A DNA stretch of 63,302 bases, counting the filler, from Octopus bimaculoides (Eukaryota), in assembly GCF_001194135.2 (NCBI RefSeq). It is 9 parts of 8 records of this genome, joined end to end, with 100 filler letters (N's around TTAATTAATTAA, not from the genome) between each part and the next. Parts side by side here need not be neighbours in the genome. Positions count along the whole stretch, not along the records: positions 26,230 to 37,346 come from NC_068991.1; positions 37,447 to 43,842 come from NC_068984.1; positions 43,943 to 51,031 come from NC_068981.1; 6 more parts are not named here. One strand, given 5' to 3'. The position numbers and the translations under genes were made by a program. The notes below the pieces were generated by a model. That model was not told the origin of the DNA, did no database searches, and saw only the letters and a list, made by a program, of their open reading frames with translations. Positions 36,459 to 48,890 of this stretch are shown here, one piece after another (the stretch's first letter is position 1; each line of letters opens with the position of its first letter).

Positions 36459-36872
36459 CTGAAACACAAAAGTTAAACAGCACTCAACTTAATTCATAGA
36501 AATGAGATAGGAATGGAGACTTAACTAAAAGAAACTTGAAGTCAATTTTGGGGAAGTCATTTGTATTTATGTATGATATTTGTAGTTTAGTAAACAGCAT
36601 ACACAATAACTACAAACATGAATTCAGGTGTATACTATTAACAGACATGCACAGCATTTACAATTTATTTAATTATATATATGCAAGACACAATATATAC
36701 ATTACATACAATATTGCATATATAGGGTATTGTATATATACAATACACAATATTAAAAAAAACAGCATACAATATATACAATGCATGATATATATACAAG
36801 ATATAATACACAGTATTTACAATACACAATATATGACAGAGTGGGAGCACTAAGTAGTGATATGCATAAATA

Positions 36873-37346
36873 TCTATATATATATAAAATTGAGAATGTA
36901 TGTCTGTGTGTCTGTGTCTGTGTGAATCCCTAAAACTCCAGAACTACACAACCAATTTCATTCAAATTTTACACATGCCTTATTTAAGGTCCTGGTTGTG
37001 TTTTAGTCACAACAAAATTTTAACTTCTTGCATACTTCCAGCCCACAGCAACATCAATCTCCTCCACTATTTAAGTATTACGTGTCAAAAGTGAAACAAA
37101 AACACTCATGTCATTCGAACCGGAATCTCAAAAACATTGTTATTAAATTTATGCATTTCTAATCAATTTGGAGATATTTGCTATCAAGTTGCAGATTTTT
37201 AACAATGCATTTGGTGATTATTTGCTTTATTTCTTGGGCAAAATTTACAACTTAGAATAAAAGAATAAAATTATTATTTCATTCCAAAACTGATAAGCTT
37301 TGTTTTTAATGATGACTTGAAATGGTAAATATTTTTTCTAACTGTA
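36873..37346 (+). mobile_element. Non-autonomous Helitron-like element, 5' part
   Basis: Starts A|TCTATATATATATAAAATT, then a (TGTC)-type microrepeat and ..ACCAATTTCATTCAAATTTT, typical of Helitron-N 5' ends. The 3' end is lost in a gap. Confidence 0.55.
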
Positions 37347-37446
37347 NNNNNNNNNNNNNNNNNNNNNNNNNNNNNNNNNNNNNNNNNNNNTTAATTAATT
37401 AANNNNNNNNNNNNNNNNNNNNNNNNNNNNNNNNNNNNNNNNNNNN

Positions 37447-37480
<34 letters not shown>

Positions 37481-37625
37481 TATGTAGGCAGAATACGAAC
37501 AGATCTAAAGCCTGTTGATGAGATCAATACTGTCAGGCCTGTTCCTGGCTATCTCAGGCATGGACCAGCTAGAACTCAGGGTGTGTATGTATGAATGTAT
37601 GTATTATGTATTCTACTATTTTTTT

Positions 37626-37997
37626 TCTTCACTTGTTTCAGTCATTTGACTGCAGCCATGCTGAAGCAACGCCTTTAGTCGGACAAATCAATCCCAGGAC
37701 TTATTCACTGTATGCCTAGTACTTATTCTATCGGATCCTTTCGCCGAACCGCTATGTTACGGGGACGTAAACACACCAACATCGGTTGTCAAGCGATGGC
37801 GGGGGGACAAACACAAACACACAAATATATATATGTATATACGACGGGCTTCTTTTAGTTTTCGTCTACCAAATCGACTAACAAAGCTTTGGTCGGCCCG
37901 TGGCCATAGTAGGAGTCACTTGCCATAGTAGGAGAACTGACCGCGGAACCATGTGGTTGAGAAGCAAGCTTCTTACCACACAGCCACACCTGCGCCT
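37626..37997 (-). mobile_element. SINE family B, full length
   Basis: Reverse complement of the 28231-28632 type. Partial copies at about 42340-42535(+), 42940-43125(-), 51541-51885(-), 57215-57365(-), 62745-62808(-) and 63183-63302(+). Confidence 0.9.
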
Positions 37998-39036
37998 AAA
38001 TGTATAACTGGGATTCGAAACTAAAACTCATTTCATCGGAAATTTACCTCCTACTCTGCCACTTCAAGAACTTCATAAGCAAAAAAGTTCCGTTTGTTTT
38101 ATATAGATATACCAAACAAACTAATTATTTTATCTATAGTGTGACCTTTGCAAATATATGTTACGTATATCCTTCAAGTGTCACGTAGCTCCAAATGAAT
38201 ATATAAAGCATTGCAGCTCTTTGTAATCGAAATTAAATTGCGAGTAATTTATTCATTTATATATTTACTTATTTATTTCATTCTTTATTTATTGATAAAT
38301 ATTGAAATTCCTGCAAAGGAGCTGTAACTCTTAAAAACCGAACGGATGTCCTATTCACCTGTGTTTTGGTCATTTAATAGGAATATTAATACACAAAATG
38401 TTATCTTGGATTTTTTTTACTGTAACGTATGTAGGATGAGGTTTATTTTTATATTTATTTATTTGTGAATATCAGCTAGGTTTATAAATTGAAATTACGT
38501 CAAATCAGCGAACATTAAAGATTACTCTTTTCTAACCTTGCTGGTTTTATGTTTTTAACTAACAAGCAGTAGATAGGCTACAGCGACTACTCACTAGTGA
38601 ATTACAACGAAAGCATACGATTCATCAAAAGCTTTAGAATATTCACTTCTTCCCCTTTCTAATTTTCCTCCTTCACATCACTATTATTTTTGTTAGAATT
38701 ATAAGTGGTGGCGGAGTAAAGACTATACTGCTTCAAGCTAAATTGTATATAATATTTTATTTCAGCGCTCCACCTTTTGAATTCAGACGAGCATGTAGTT
38801 GACTTTGCTTTTCATTCTTCAGGATTCGATTAAATGTATACTAAGTAAGAAATGATGTTCAGGTAATAGAATAGAATCCCTTTATTACCAAATTGTGATT
38901 TAGTGAAAATTATTCCTTATAATTTTTTGTTCTTCATTTTTTTGCTACTATTATTAATACAACTGGCACCGCCAGTAACATTCATAGTTTTTAGCACGTA
39001 TAAATATTTAAATTGTTGCTTTCATTATTGCTGGTA

Positions 39037-39078
<42 letters not shown>

Positions 39079-39641
39079 CATAATAAAGTTGACGTACTTT
39101 CTATTCTTGCTTCTATTTTAATGGTGATGCTCTAAATAATAATAATAATAGTTTCAAATTTTGCCACAAGGGCGGCTTTTGGGGGAAGGGGATGAATCGA
39201 TTACATCGACTTCAGTGTTCAACTGGTAATTGTTTTATCAACCCCAAAAGGGTAAAAGGCAACGTCGACCTCGGTGAAATTTGAACTCAGAACGTAGCGA
39301 CGGAAGAAATACTAAATGATAACAATAAGGACAATTATTTTTATAATTATTATTTTTATATTTATTATTAAGGCGGCAAGCTGGCGCAATCGTTAGCACG
39401 CCGGACAGAATGCTGCGATGTGTTTCGTCTAACTTCACGTCCTGAGTTCAAATTCTGTTCTGAATTCAAAGTTATAGTAGCATCTGAGCAGAAATTTCTC
39501 CGGAACAGACCAACCAGTTGATTCTCGTCGAATTCTTGAGTTTTTGTTGTTTTTTTTTTGAGAATGTTTTCGCTCTTCTTTACCACTAAACTTCTGCAAA
39601 ATGCTGACGTGGAAGTTCCGCAAGCTGCACAAACACACACT

Positions 39642-40372
39642 TACGAAGTTGTATCAAAAAGTTCTCGGACTAGTTCTATAGCGCGCCAACAGATGGCAGC
39701 ACATGGTTACGTGCACAGTGATAGCTAACAGTGACCTTCATGAGGTAGTGTGCCGATTGACATCGACGTGTTTACCTTGCAAGTTGTCGAAATTTGTGCT
39801 TTGTAATTAGGTGTATACTGTAGTCTGCGATTTTGTCAAGGACAGGAACAAAGATCCAACGTAAGATTTTGCATTAAACTAGGGAAGTCTGCTACAGAGA
39901 CATTGAGCATGCTTCAGCAAGCTTATAGCGACGAGGCAATGGGTCGTACGCAATGTTTTGAGTGACACGGGCGCTTTAAAAGCGGAAAAGCGTCCCTGGA
40001 AGAGGATAAGCGATCTGACAGACATGTCACGAGCATCACCGCTGGAAATGTGGTATTGTGTATCCGTATCGAGAATTTGTTCCCGAGGGCCAAGACCGTC
40101 AAGTGCTACTGCGACGTTTTCAATAGTTTGAGGGAGAGTATTTCGGTGAAAGTGAGCGGATCTATGGAGCGCGAAGAATTAGATTCTTCACCGAGCTCTC
40201 TTTACTCGTGAGTTTCTCGTCAAAAATAACGTGGTATCGCTTTCGTATACGCCCTATTCGCAAGATTTAGCACCAGCGGACTTCCATCTCTTCCCCAAGA
40301 TAAAAATGTAGCTCGAAAGTCACCGTTTTAACACTATAGCCGAGATCCAGAGCGAATCACTGAAGGTGCTTG
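39642..40372 (+). mobile_element. Internally deleted mariner transposon relic
   Basis: TIR-like TACGAAGTTGTATCAAAAAGTTCTCGGACT. N-terminal EQRSNVRFCIKLGKSATETLSMLQQAYSDEAMGRTQCFE*HGRFKSG and C-terminal DLAPADFHLFPKIK..HRFNTIAEIQSES. Confidence 0.85.
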
Positions 40373-40389
40373 GCTTTGGATAATAGAAA

Positions 40390-41127
40390 CTACAGGGGGA
40401 ACAGTTAATGATGATTTTCTTCAACATATCCCCCTCTCAGGTTCATACACTTTTTGCAGCGGGTTTTCAGTTTTTCTAAGCCCTGTAAAAGAACTCGGAA
40501 GGTTGGGCNNNNNNNNNNNNNNNNNNNNNNNNNNNNNNNNNNNNNNNNNNNNNNNNNNNNNNNNNNNNNNNNNNNNNNNNNNNNNNNNNNNNNNNNNNNN
40601 NNNNNNNNNNNNNNNNNNNNNNNNNNNNNNNNNNNNNNNNNNNNNNNNNNNNNNNNNNNNNNNNNNNNNNNNNNNNNNNNNNNNNNNNNNNNNNNNNNNN
40701 NNNNNNNNNNNNNNNNNNNNNNNNNNNNNNNNNNNNNNNNNNNNNNNNNNNNNNNNNNNNNNNNNNNNNNNNNNNNNNNNNNNNNNNNNNNNNNNNNNNN
40801 NNNNNNNNNNNNNNNNNNNNNNNNNNNNNNNNNNNNNNNNNNNNNNNNNNNNNNNNNNNNNNNNNNNNNNNNNNNNNNNNNNNNNNNNNNNNNNNNNNNN
40901 NNNNNNNNNNNNNNNNNNNNNNNNNNNNNNNNNNNNNNNNNNNNNNNNNNNNNNNNNNNNNNNNNNNNNNNNNNNNNNNNNNNNNNNNNNNNNNNNNNNN
41001 NNNNNNNNNNNNNNNNNNNNNNNNNNNNNNNNNNNNNNNNNNNNNNNNNNNNNNNNNNATGTATTACACTTCTTAAAGTGTAATGTGCAGGAAAATATCT
41101 TTGCAAGATAAATGCAGGACCCTCGTT
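40390..41127 (-). mobile_element. Mariner-derived element spanning a gap
   Basis: ..LQGLEKLKTRCKKCMNLRGGYVE, a mariner C-terminal motif. ACGAGGGTCC end at about 41127. Confidence 0.6.
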
Positions 41128-41367
41128 CATTTTCTGAACAAAGCGTTTTCGCTTTGCTTTTACTGTTAATGACCTTGAACTTCACATTGCACTTCGCACA
41201 ATCCCAAAAATGTTGTAGGCACTCAGAAGGAATCAATATTTTGACGCAAATAAACGGCTTAATTACTTACGACCCGCTATAATATATCTCGTTTCTTTCT
41301 TTATTCTCGCACTTCTCCTCCTCTTCCTCCTCATCCTCCTCCTCCTTCTTCTTCTTCTTCTTCTTCT

Positions 41368-41434
<67 letters not shown>

Positions 41435-42004
41435 GTCGCTGCTGCTGTTGCTATCGTTATTAAAAATATAATAAAAGAAATCAGTATTATTATTATAGCT
41501 GTCGTCGTTGTTAATCTATTTTTCATTTGTTCTGTTCGCCTCGTTTCTACAGAGATTCATCACGAAAGCTGCAAAAGTAATTTCGACATCTGCGACTTTA
41601 CGAGAAGGATTGACTTATTATTTTAATAATACATTTGTCACAAGCAATAAATTCAAGACGCCATTACGTTTTAAACCTTGTCTCACCGTTATTCATATAT
41701 ATATGCTGATGTTTTCAATGCTATAATTTTGTCAACTTCCATGAACGTATGTAAATTCCTCTTACCTAATGTTTCGAATTTCCGTCTCGTATTCCCAAGA
41801 AAGAATATTTATGCATAATGAGTTTCATCCTAGATCAATGGATTTCTTTCAAATCTCTATTTTGTATCCTTAAAACACTGATTAAATAATAAATCATTGT
41901 AAATCCCAATTGCATTTTTCAACTTCAAAAACAATTCTCATACATGTATATACATACATACATACGCACGCACGCACACACACACACACACGCGCACACA
42001 CACA

Positions 42005-42052
<48 letters not shown>

Positions 42053-42062
42053 NNNNNNNNNN

Positions 42063-42136
<74 letters not shown>

Positions 42137-42139
<3 letters not shown>

Positions 42140-42325
42140 AGGGAGTGTCGAAAAGTTCCTGACTTTAAGGGTGTCGGTAAAGATCTGATTGGAAGCTTAC
42201 CTTTTACAAGGCTTAGAAAAACTGAGGGACCGCAGCAATAAGCGTGTGAATCTATGAGGGGAACATGATGAATAAAATCATAACTAACTGGTCTTCCTTT
42301 ATTTTCTTTTACCCATTTACGTATC
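42137..42325 (+). mobile_element. Short mariner-derived non-autonomous element
   Basis: Homologous to 5166-5364 in the opposite orientation. Confidence 0.55.
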
Positions 42326-43173
42326 TATGTGTGTCTTTGTGACTGTCTTTATTCCCCACCGCCGTTTGACAACCGATGTGTATACGTCCCCGTAACTTAG
42401 CGGCTCAGCAAAAGAGACCGCTAGAATAAGTACCAGGCTTTAAAAAAATAAATCATGGAGTCGGTTTGTTCGACTAAAAATCCCTCAAGCGATGCCCTAA
42501 CATGGCCGCAGTTAAATGACTGAAACAAGTAAGAGGATATGTAAGTATGAAAAATTAATTTATTTCGAATATTTCTCGAGAGCAAATAATATTTTGATGA
42601 CAGAAGTCAATGCTAAAATATTTAAAAGTTCGTGGTTCAATTTAATTTCCAAATATCCTTTACTCTTCAATAAGTCATAAGTTGATTGTTGAACTGAAAT
42701 ACCACAAACGTTGCAAACGTAGATAACGAAACGCATATGAGGTACGTATGCAACACTTCTTCACTATCATTAGTTACGATGTGATTAATAATGATAAGAA
42801 GACCCAATATTTCATAGAAAAAATATTATTAATTTGATACCTATCAACAAAGTGTTCAATGTGAAATATATAAAATGTGTGACGCATGTATTCAGCAAAA
42901 TGCTATTTTTTTTATATACTCTTTTGGATTCTGAAGAGTCATTTGAGTGAGGCCATGCTGGAGCACCGTCTTATAGGCGTTTTAGTCGAAGAAATCGACG
43001 CCAGAGCTTATTCTTTGCAAGCCTAGTACTTATTCTATCGGTCGATTTTGCCCAATCGCTAGGTTACGTGGACGTAAATACACTAACATCGGCTGTCAAG
43101 CGATGGCATGAGAGCAAACACAGGCACAAAGACACACACACATAAACATATATACATATATATATATATGTAT

Positions 43174-43206
<33 letters not shown>

Positions 43207-43779
43207 NNNNNNNNNNNNNNNNNNNNNNNNNNNNNNNNNNNNNNNNNNNNNNNNNNNNNNNNNNNNNNNNNNNNNNNNNNNNNNNNNNNNNNNNNNNNNN
43301 NNNNNNNNNNNNNNNNNNNNNNNNNNNNNNNNNNNNNNNNNNNNNNNNNNNNNNNNNNNNNNNNNNNNNNNNNNNNNNNNNNNNNNNNNNNNNNNNNNNN
43401 NNNNNNNNGAAGATACTTGCTCGAGGTATCACACAGTGGGACTGGTTCCTACCACACCACGCCTGCGCACCACACCACGCCTGCGCACCACACCACGCCT
43501 GCGCCTATATGCATATATACGCACACATAGACACACATATATGTATACACATACATGCACACACACACACACACACATCTTTGTATTTGATGCATTTTAT
43601 GCCATTTGTTCCCAACACGCGTTTTGGGATTGTGGCGATCTGCTTCCTCTGCACTGATCGTTCATAATGCAATTGGATGCAATTGGATGCAAATCCACAA
43701 CAGATTTTCAAGTGAACACTTTAATATATTATGCTGATACGCACTTTTTCTATGTTCATTTATATACATTTGTGAGTGT

Positions 43780-43842
<63 letters not shown>

Positions 43843-43999
43843 NNNNNNNNNNNNNNNNNNNNNNNNNNNNNNNNNNNNNNNNNNNNTTAATTAATTAANN
43901 NNNNNNNNNNNNNNNNNNNNNNNNNNNNNNNNNNNNNNNNNNCATCGGAGACAAAAAAATAAAGTAATCTTTTATTATATCTAAAGGCGGATATTTTTA

Positions 44000-46260
44000 G
44001 TATGAAGTGGTAAAGAGTCTGATGTGCTGAAAAAAAGAGAGAACAGTACTTGAAGTGTAGTTTCATTCAAGTGGTAAATATCCGTGTAGAAATTCGTACA
44101 AAATAATCCTTGTGTGAATAATCCGGAAATTTATGTTGGAACGAGAGTTGATATAGCATAGATAGCAGAGGTATATATATTCCATATTGCGATAGATTTT
44201 TGCTTGTTTACTTGAAGAATGTCCAAGTCAAGTGAAAAGTTAGCGGTAATTGGGTCAAGTCAAGAAGATAGAATGTGAAAGGGGATAGAGGAGATATAGA
44301 GGCGGAGGCTGGTAGCGATATATTTATAGTCAGTTGGCCTTAACAGGGTAGAGGGGAAGGGCATATAGAGTGAAGGAGGAATAGGTGGTGAGGTTAAAAG
44401 ATCTAGTGAGTAGGAAGGAATGCGTGTGTGTAGTATATAGATGGTGGGGTATGAGTGATAAACCGAGGACAGAGATAGAGGAGAGGGATAGGTGGGAAAG
44501 GTAGTTAGTAGTATCATATTTTACGATGCTGCCAAGCCCATTTATAGACGGTGGAAAGGGATTGAAAGAGGTGACGTAGTCTGTTTGTGTAGGTGGTGTT
44601 CTTGTGAAATTGAGAATATGAGAAATAGATTTGGTGGTACATGTGTGGTGAGATAATCGAAAGGAAATAATCCTATTCAAAAAGTTGGTGAAAGATGGAT
44701 GTTTTTGCCAGGTTGAATAGGTTGCCTGTGGGGGGTTGTGTTATTATGTTGCGTGATCATTTGTACAATTTTGTTTGTGATAGAACCTGAATGTGTGGAA
44801 AGAGCGGTGGTTGCAGTTGCTAAACGCTTCATTATATCGATTAAGTAGAGTGGGAGAATTGTATTTTAAAATATGGAACGCCTCTGTTAGGCAAAGCTTG
44901 CAATTGGAGCGCTGGCCCTGGTATGGAGTTCCAGAGTCTAAGATGGACCATTTTAAGGTGTATTGGGTATTTTTGTTTTTGAGGTGATGAATATGATTAG
45001 CTAATGTTGTAGATTTACNNNNNNNNNNNNNNNNNNNNNNNNNNNNNNNNNNNNNNNNNNNNNNNNNNNNNNNNNNNNNNNNNNNNNNNNNNNNNNNNNN
45101 NNNNNNNNNNNNNNNNNNNNNNNNNNNNNNNNNNNNNNNNNNNNNNNNNNNNNNNNNNNNNNNNNNNNNNNNNNNNNNNNNNNNNNNNNNNNNNNNNNNN
45201 NNNNNNNNNNNNNNNNNNNNNNNNNNNNNNNNNNNNNNNNNNNNNNNNNNNNNNNNNNNNNNNNNNNNNNNNNNNNNNNNNNNNNNNNNNNNNNNNNNNN
45301 NNNNNNNNNNNNNNNNNNNNNNNNNNNNNNNNNNNNNNNNNNNNNNNNNNNNNNNNNNNNNNNNNNNNNNNNNNNNNNNNNNNNNNNNNNNNNNNNNNNN
45401 NNNNNNNNNNNNNNNNNNNNNNNNNNNNNNNNNNNNNNNNNNNNNNNNNNNNNNNNNNNNNNNNNNNNNNNNNNNNNNNNNNNNNNNNNNNNNNNNNNNN
45501 NNNNNNNNNNNNNNNNNNNNNNNNNNNNNNNNNGGGAAGTTAGAATCTAGTATTTTAAAGAAAAATGTGGCTGGGTTCCTAGTGTTAAGAGAGAATGGGG
45601 TGGGGTGTACTACAGGATGGAGCGGCCACCGCTTTTTTGGGGGCTTCTGCGCATGTTGTAATTAAGGTGTTTGAGTGGAGGGCAGTTGTCTATACTTTTG
45701 GTAGGGCTAGCTGATTTAGACATCTTAGATTTAGCCCTAGTGTTATAGGTGTGATTGTGGGGTCTGTCTGGGTATGTGGGTGGTTGGTTATGGTTTTGAT
45801 TGGTGTGATGTCTTTGGGGTGCGATTTGTGATATAAATTGTTTAGGTCTGGTGTTATGTATGTATTTTATTTGTTGTGAGAAACCGCTAGCCGCTAGTGC
45901 TTGGTTGTAGTATGGAGCGTGATTGTTAAATATTTCTTCAGAAGAGGATAGATCAGATAAGCGGGTAGATATCCCTATGTCTATGTTGTCGAACGTAGAT
46001 CTGTGATGATTAGATTGAATATTGAGGTATTTAAGGTACTGGTTGGGTTTATGATAGGGGGGAGTGTTACGAGTTAGATAGGTTCAGAGAAACGTCCAAG
46101 AGGTTAGCCGTTTTGTATGCATTTTCAAATGTTATTGAAAAATGCATACCTGACAAAAATTTGTGCAGATCCTTTTTTGTTCTCTCAATGGAAGATTTGT
46201 TAGTAGTTTTGGTAATAAGTAAAGCGTCATCCCTCTATAGACCGCCGTGGATGTCAGGGA
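44000..46260 (-). mobile_element. Penelope-like retroelement (RT C-half, GIY-YIG tail and 3' region), interrupted by a gap
   Basis: GGLYRDDALLITK..NLLDVSLNL..YHKPNQYLKYLNIQSNH at about 46240-45900. TTLANHIHHLK..LKWSIL..CKLCLTEAFHILK..LLNR..CNH at about 45018-44790. Confidence 0.8.
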
Positions 46261-46335
46261 AGTGTGATTTTAATTGGTGGAGTATGTATAATCCAACTAA
46301 ACATATATGCGTATGTGTATATATATGTATGTATG

Positions 46336-46366
<31 letters not shown>

Positions 46367-47299
46367 NNNNNNNNNNNNNNNNNNNNNNNNNNNNNNNNNN
46401 NNNNNNNNNNNNNNNNNNNNNNNNNNNNNNNNNNNNNNNNNNNNNNNNNNNNNNNNNNNNNNNNNNNNNNNNNNNNNNNNNNNNNNNNNNNNNNNNNNNN
46501 NNNNNNNNNNNNNNNNNNNNNNNNNNNNNNNNNNTATATATGCATGTATATATGCGTATATGTCAGTGCGTATGTGCGTGTCTATGTTTATACATGACAA
46601 AATAGATATATAGACACTTACATACAAACATATATATATATGGGAGAGAGAGTTAGATGGATAGATAAATATTTAGCTAAAAAGAAAGTAAAAATGATAG
46701 ATACTTACAGTAGCTATATAGTGGAGGGAACAGTTGTCAACTTCTGTATTGGTAGGGTGCTGCACGAACCAATAAAGTTAAATCACAATTAGGTCGTAAG
46801 TGGCATGAAGAAATAAAGGTAAGCCTGTGGACAACTCTCAAAGAACCTGGAGCAGTAGACGAGATATCTATTATACTATGAACGCGCTTAATTTAACTTC
46901 ATGTGCAAACATTGTAAATATTCGAAGAGGCTCGCAGTAACATCAATTTAAATCGAGAAATTTGAAGCATCACATTTGAAGCCTTCATAACCTATAAATT
47001 TAATATATAATAGACATAATGTTAATATGCGGCAGTTGAATAATAAAAAATATGAAGTGTTTAGCCGATCATAGGAACTCATGCTTTATTTCAAAACCAT
47101 ATATCTCACACATAAAGCATCATATGAAGTGTAAAATATATTTTCATGAACTTAAAATTGTAAGATTTTCTAAATATTTGAAAGCTTTGTGCACCTCGTA
47201 ATATAATCGATCTACACATCTACGTGCACCATTCTGGGCATATGATACATGTGTATATGTTCATCTTTCTTTTGCTCTTTTGCGCTCTTTTAAAGCATA

Positions 47300-47520
47300 A
47301 CCAGGCTCATGGGCCCGGTTTCAATGGCGTATATGTTCCCCAGCTGGACGGGTCGCCAGTCCATCGCAGTGTTACTCATTGTTGCCAGGTGAGTGGACAG
47401 GAGCAACATGAAATGAAGTATTTTGCTCAAGAACACAACCGCATCGCCCGGTCCAGGAATTGAAACCACAGTCTTACGATCATGGCGCTGACACTCTAAC
47501 CACTAAGCCACGCGCCTACA
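47300..47520 (-). mobile_element. tRNA-derived SINE (family D-related head)
   Basis: GGCGCGTGGCTTAGTGGTTAGAGTG..GGTTTCAATTCC..TTCTTGAGCAAAATACTTCATTTCATGTTGCTCC..GCGATGGACTGGCGACCCGTCCAG. Confidence 0.8.
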
Positions 47521-47832
47521 CTATATGTTCATACAATGAAATAAAACTGCACTGGGAAACCGGCAATAAATGTTTCAAATTGCAGCAATCCTTCTAAAAG
47601 CAGGGTCAATGCATGTGAAGAAACTATCAAAGAACTCCCTACTCGAATTAAATTTGTGTAACTTCTCTGTCACCTTGTGCTATCAGACAACGTTTGAAAT
47701 TTCGTGTGAATATTTGTGTAAACTCAGGCAGCTTTCTTCAATATTTTACTGGAATACTAACATTCTTAATTGAATCGCTTGCCAATTACAATTGTTTTCG
47801 TACGTAACACTTGATAGCACTGGTAATCCACA

Positions 47833-47863
<31 letters not shown>

Positions 47864-48129
47864 NNNNNNNNNNNNNNNNNNNNNNNNNNNNNNNNNNNNN
47901 NNNNNNNNNNNNNNNNNNNNNNNNNNNNNNNNNNNNNNNNNNNNNNNNNNNNNNNNNNNNNNNNNNNNNNNNNNNNNNNNNNNNNNNNNNNNNNNNNNNN
48001 NNNNNNNNNNNNNNNNNNNNNNNNNNNNNNNNNNNNNNNNNNNNNNNNNNNNNNNNNNNNNNNNNNNNNNNNNNNNNNNNNNNNNNNNNNNNNNNNNNNN
48101 NNNNNNNNNNNNNNNNNNNNNNNNNNNNN

Positions 48130-48165
<36 letters not shown>

Positions 48166-48699
48166 ATGTATATGTATATATCTATATACCTGTATATATA
48201 CGTATGTATGAGTGCGTATGTGCGTATCTATGTATACACATAATATAAATATAGACACACACACACACATATATATATGTGTGTGTGCTTGCGTATGTGT
48301 ATAGACACATACACATACATACATAAATATATATGCGAGAGAGAGAGAGAGAGAGAGAGACCGAGAGAGTACGCAAACTACGAGAATAAGTGCAGTTTAT
48401 GTTGATAGTAGTGGCTGTGCTGATATAATAATTATACTGTGATACTGAGTTTCCGTTTTAATGATCCAACCTTGTGAGGATAATAGCACTGTACAACTGG
48501 GCGTTTTACAGCGCCAGACAGAAACATTCTATCGATGACTTCGGAATATAATAATGTCTGTCAGAGCGACAACCGTCGTCAAAGGACTGATAAAACAATG
48601 ACAAAAGACCGCTTTACAACTGTGCCGACGAAGATAATACGATTTACGTGGAGTTAATAGAAACTCGTAAAGGTGTTAAGAAACTCACAAAAAATAGGA

Positions 48700-48890
48700 A
48701 ACACCTGTGTGTAGGAAAAAATAATGTACCGTTTCCAGCAATGGACCAGATGAACAAATAACTGGAAAGACTGGAACGCCCTGGTATATTTGAAAAGAAT
48801 GACCATGGTGATTGGGCACACCCGACGGTTTGCGTGAAATTAAAAAATGACAAAGTAAGAGTTTGTACGATTTTTTTATCCCATTTGCTC
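48700..48890 (+). mobile_element. Ty3/Gypsy RT N-terminal relic
   Basis: NVPFPAMDQMNK*LERLERPGIFEKNDHGDWAHPTVCVKLKNDKVRVC resembles R.VPFA....ELERLE..G...S.WA.P.V.V.K.N.K.R.C.DF. Confidence 0.75.
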
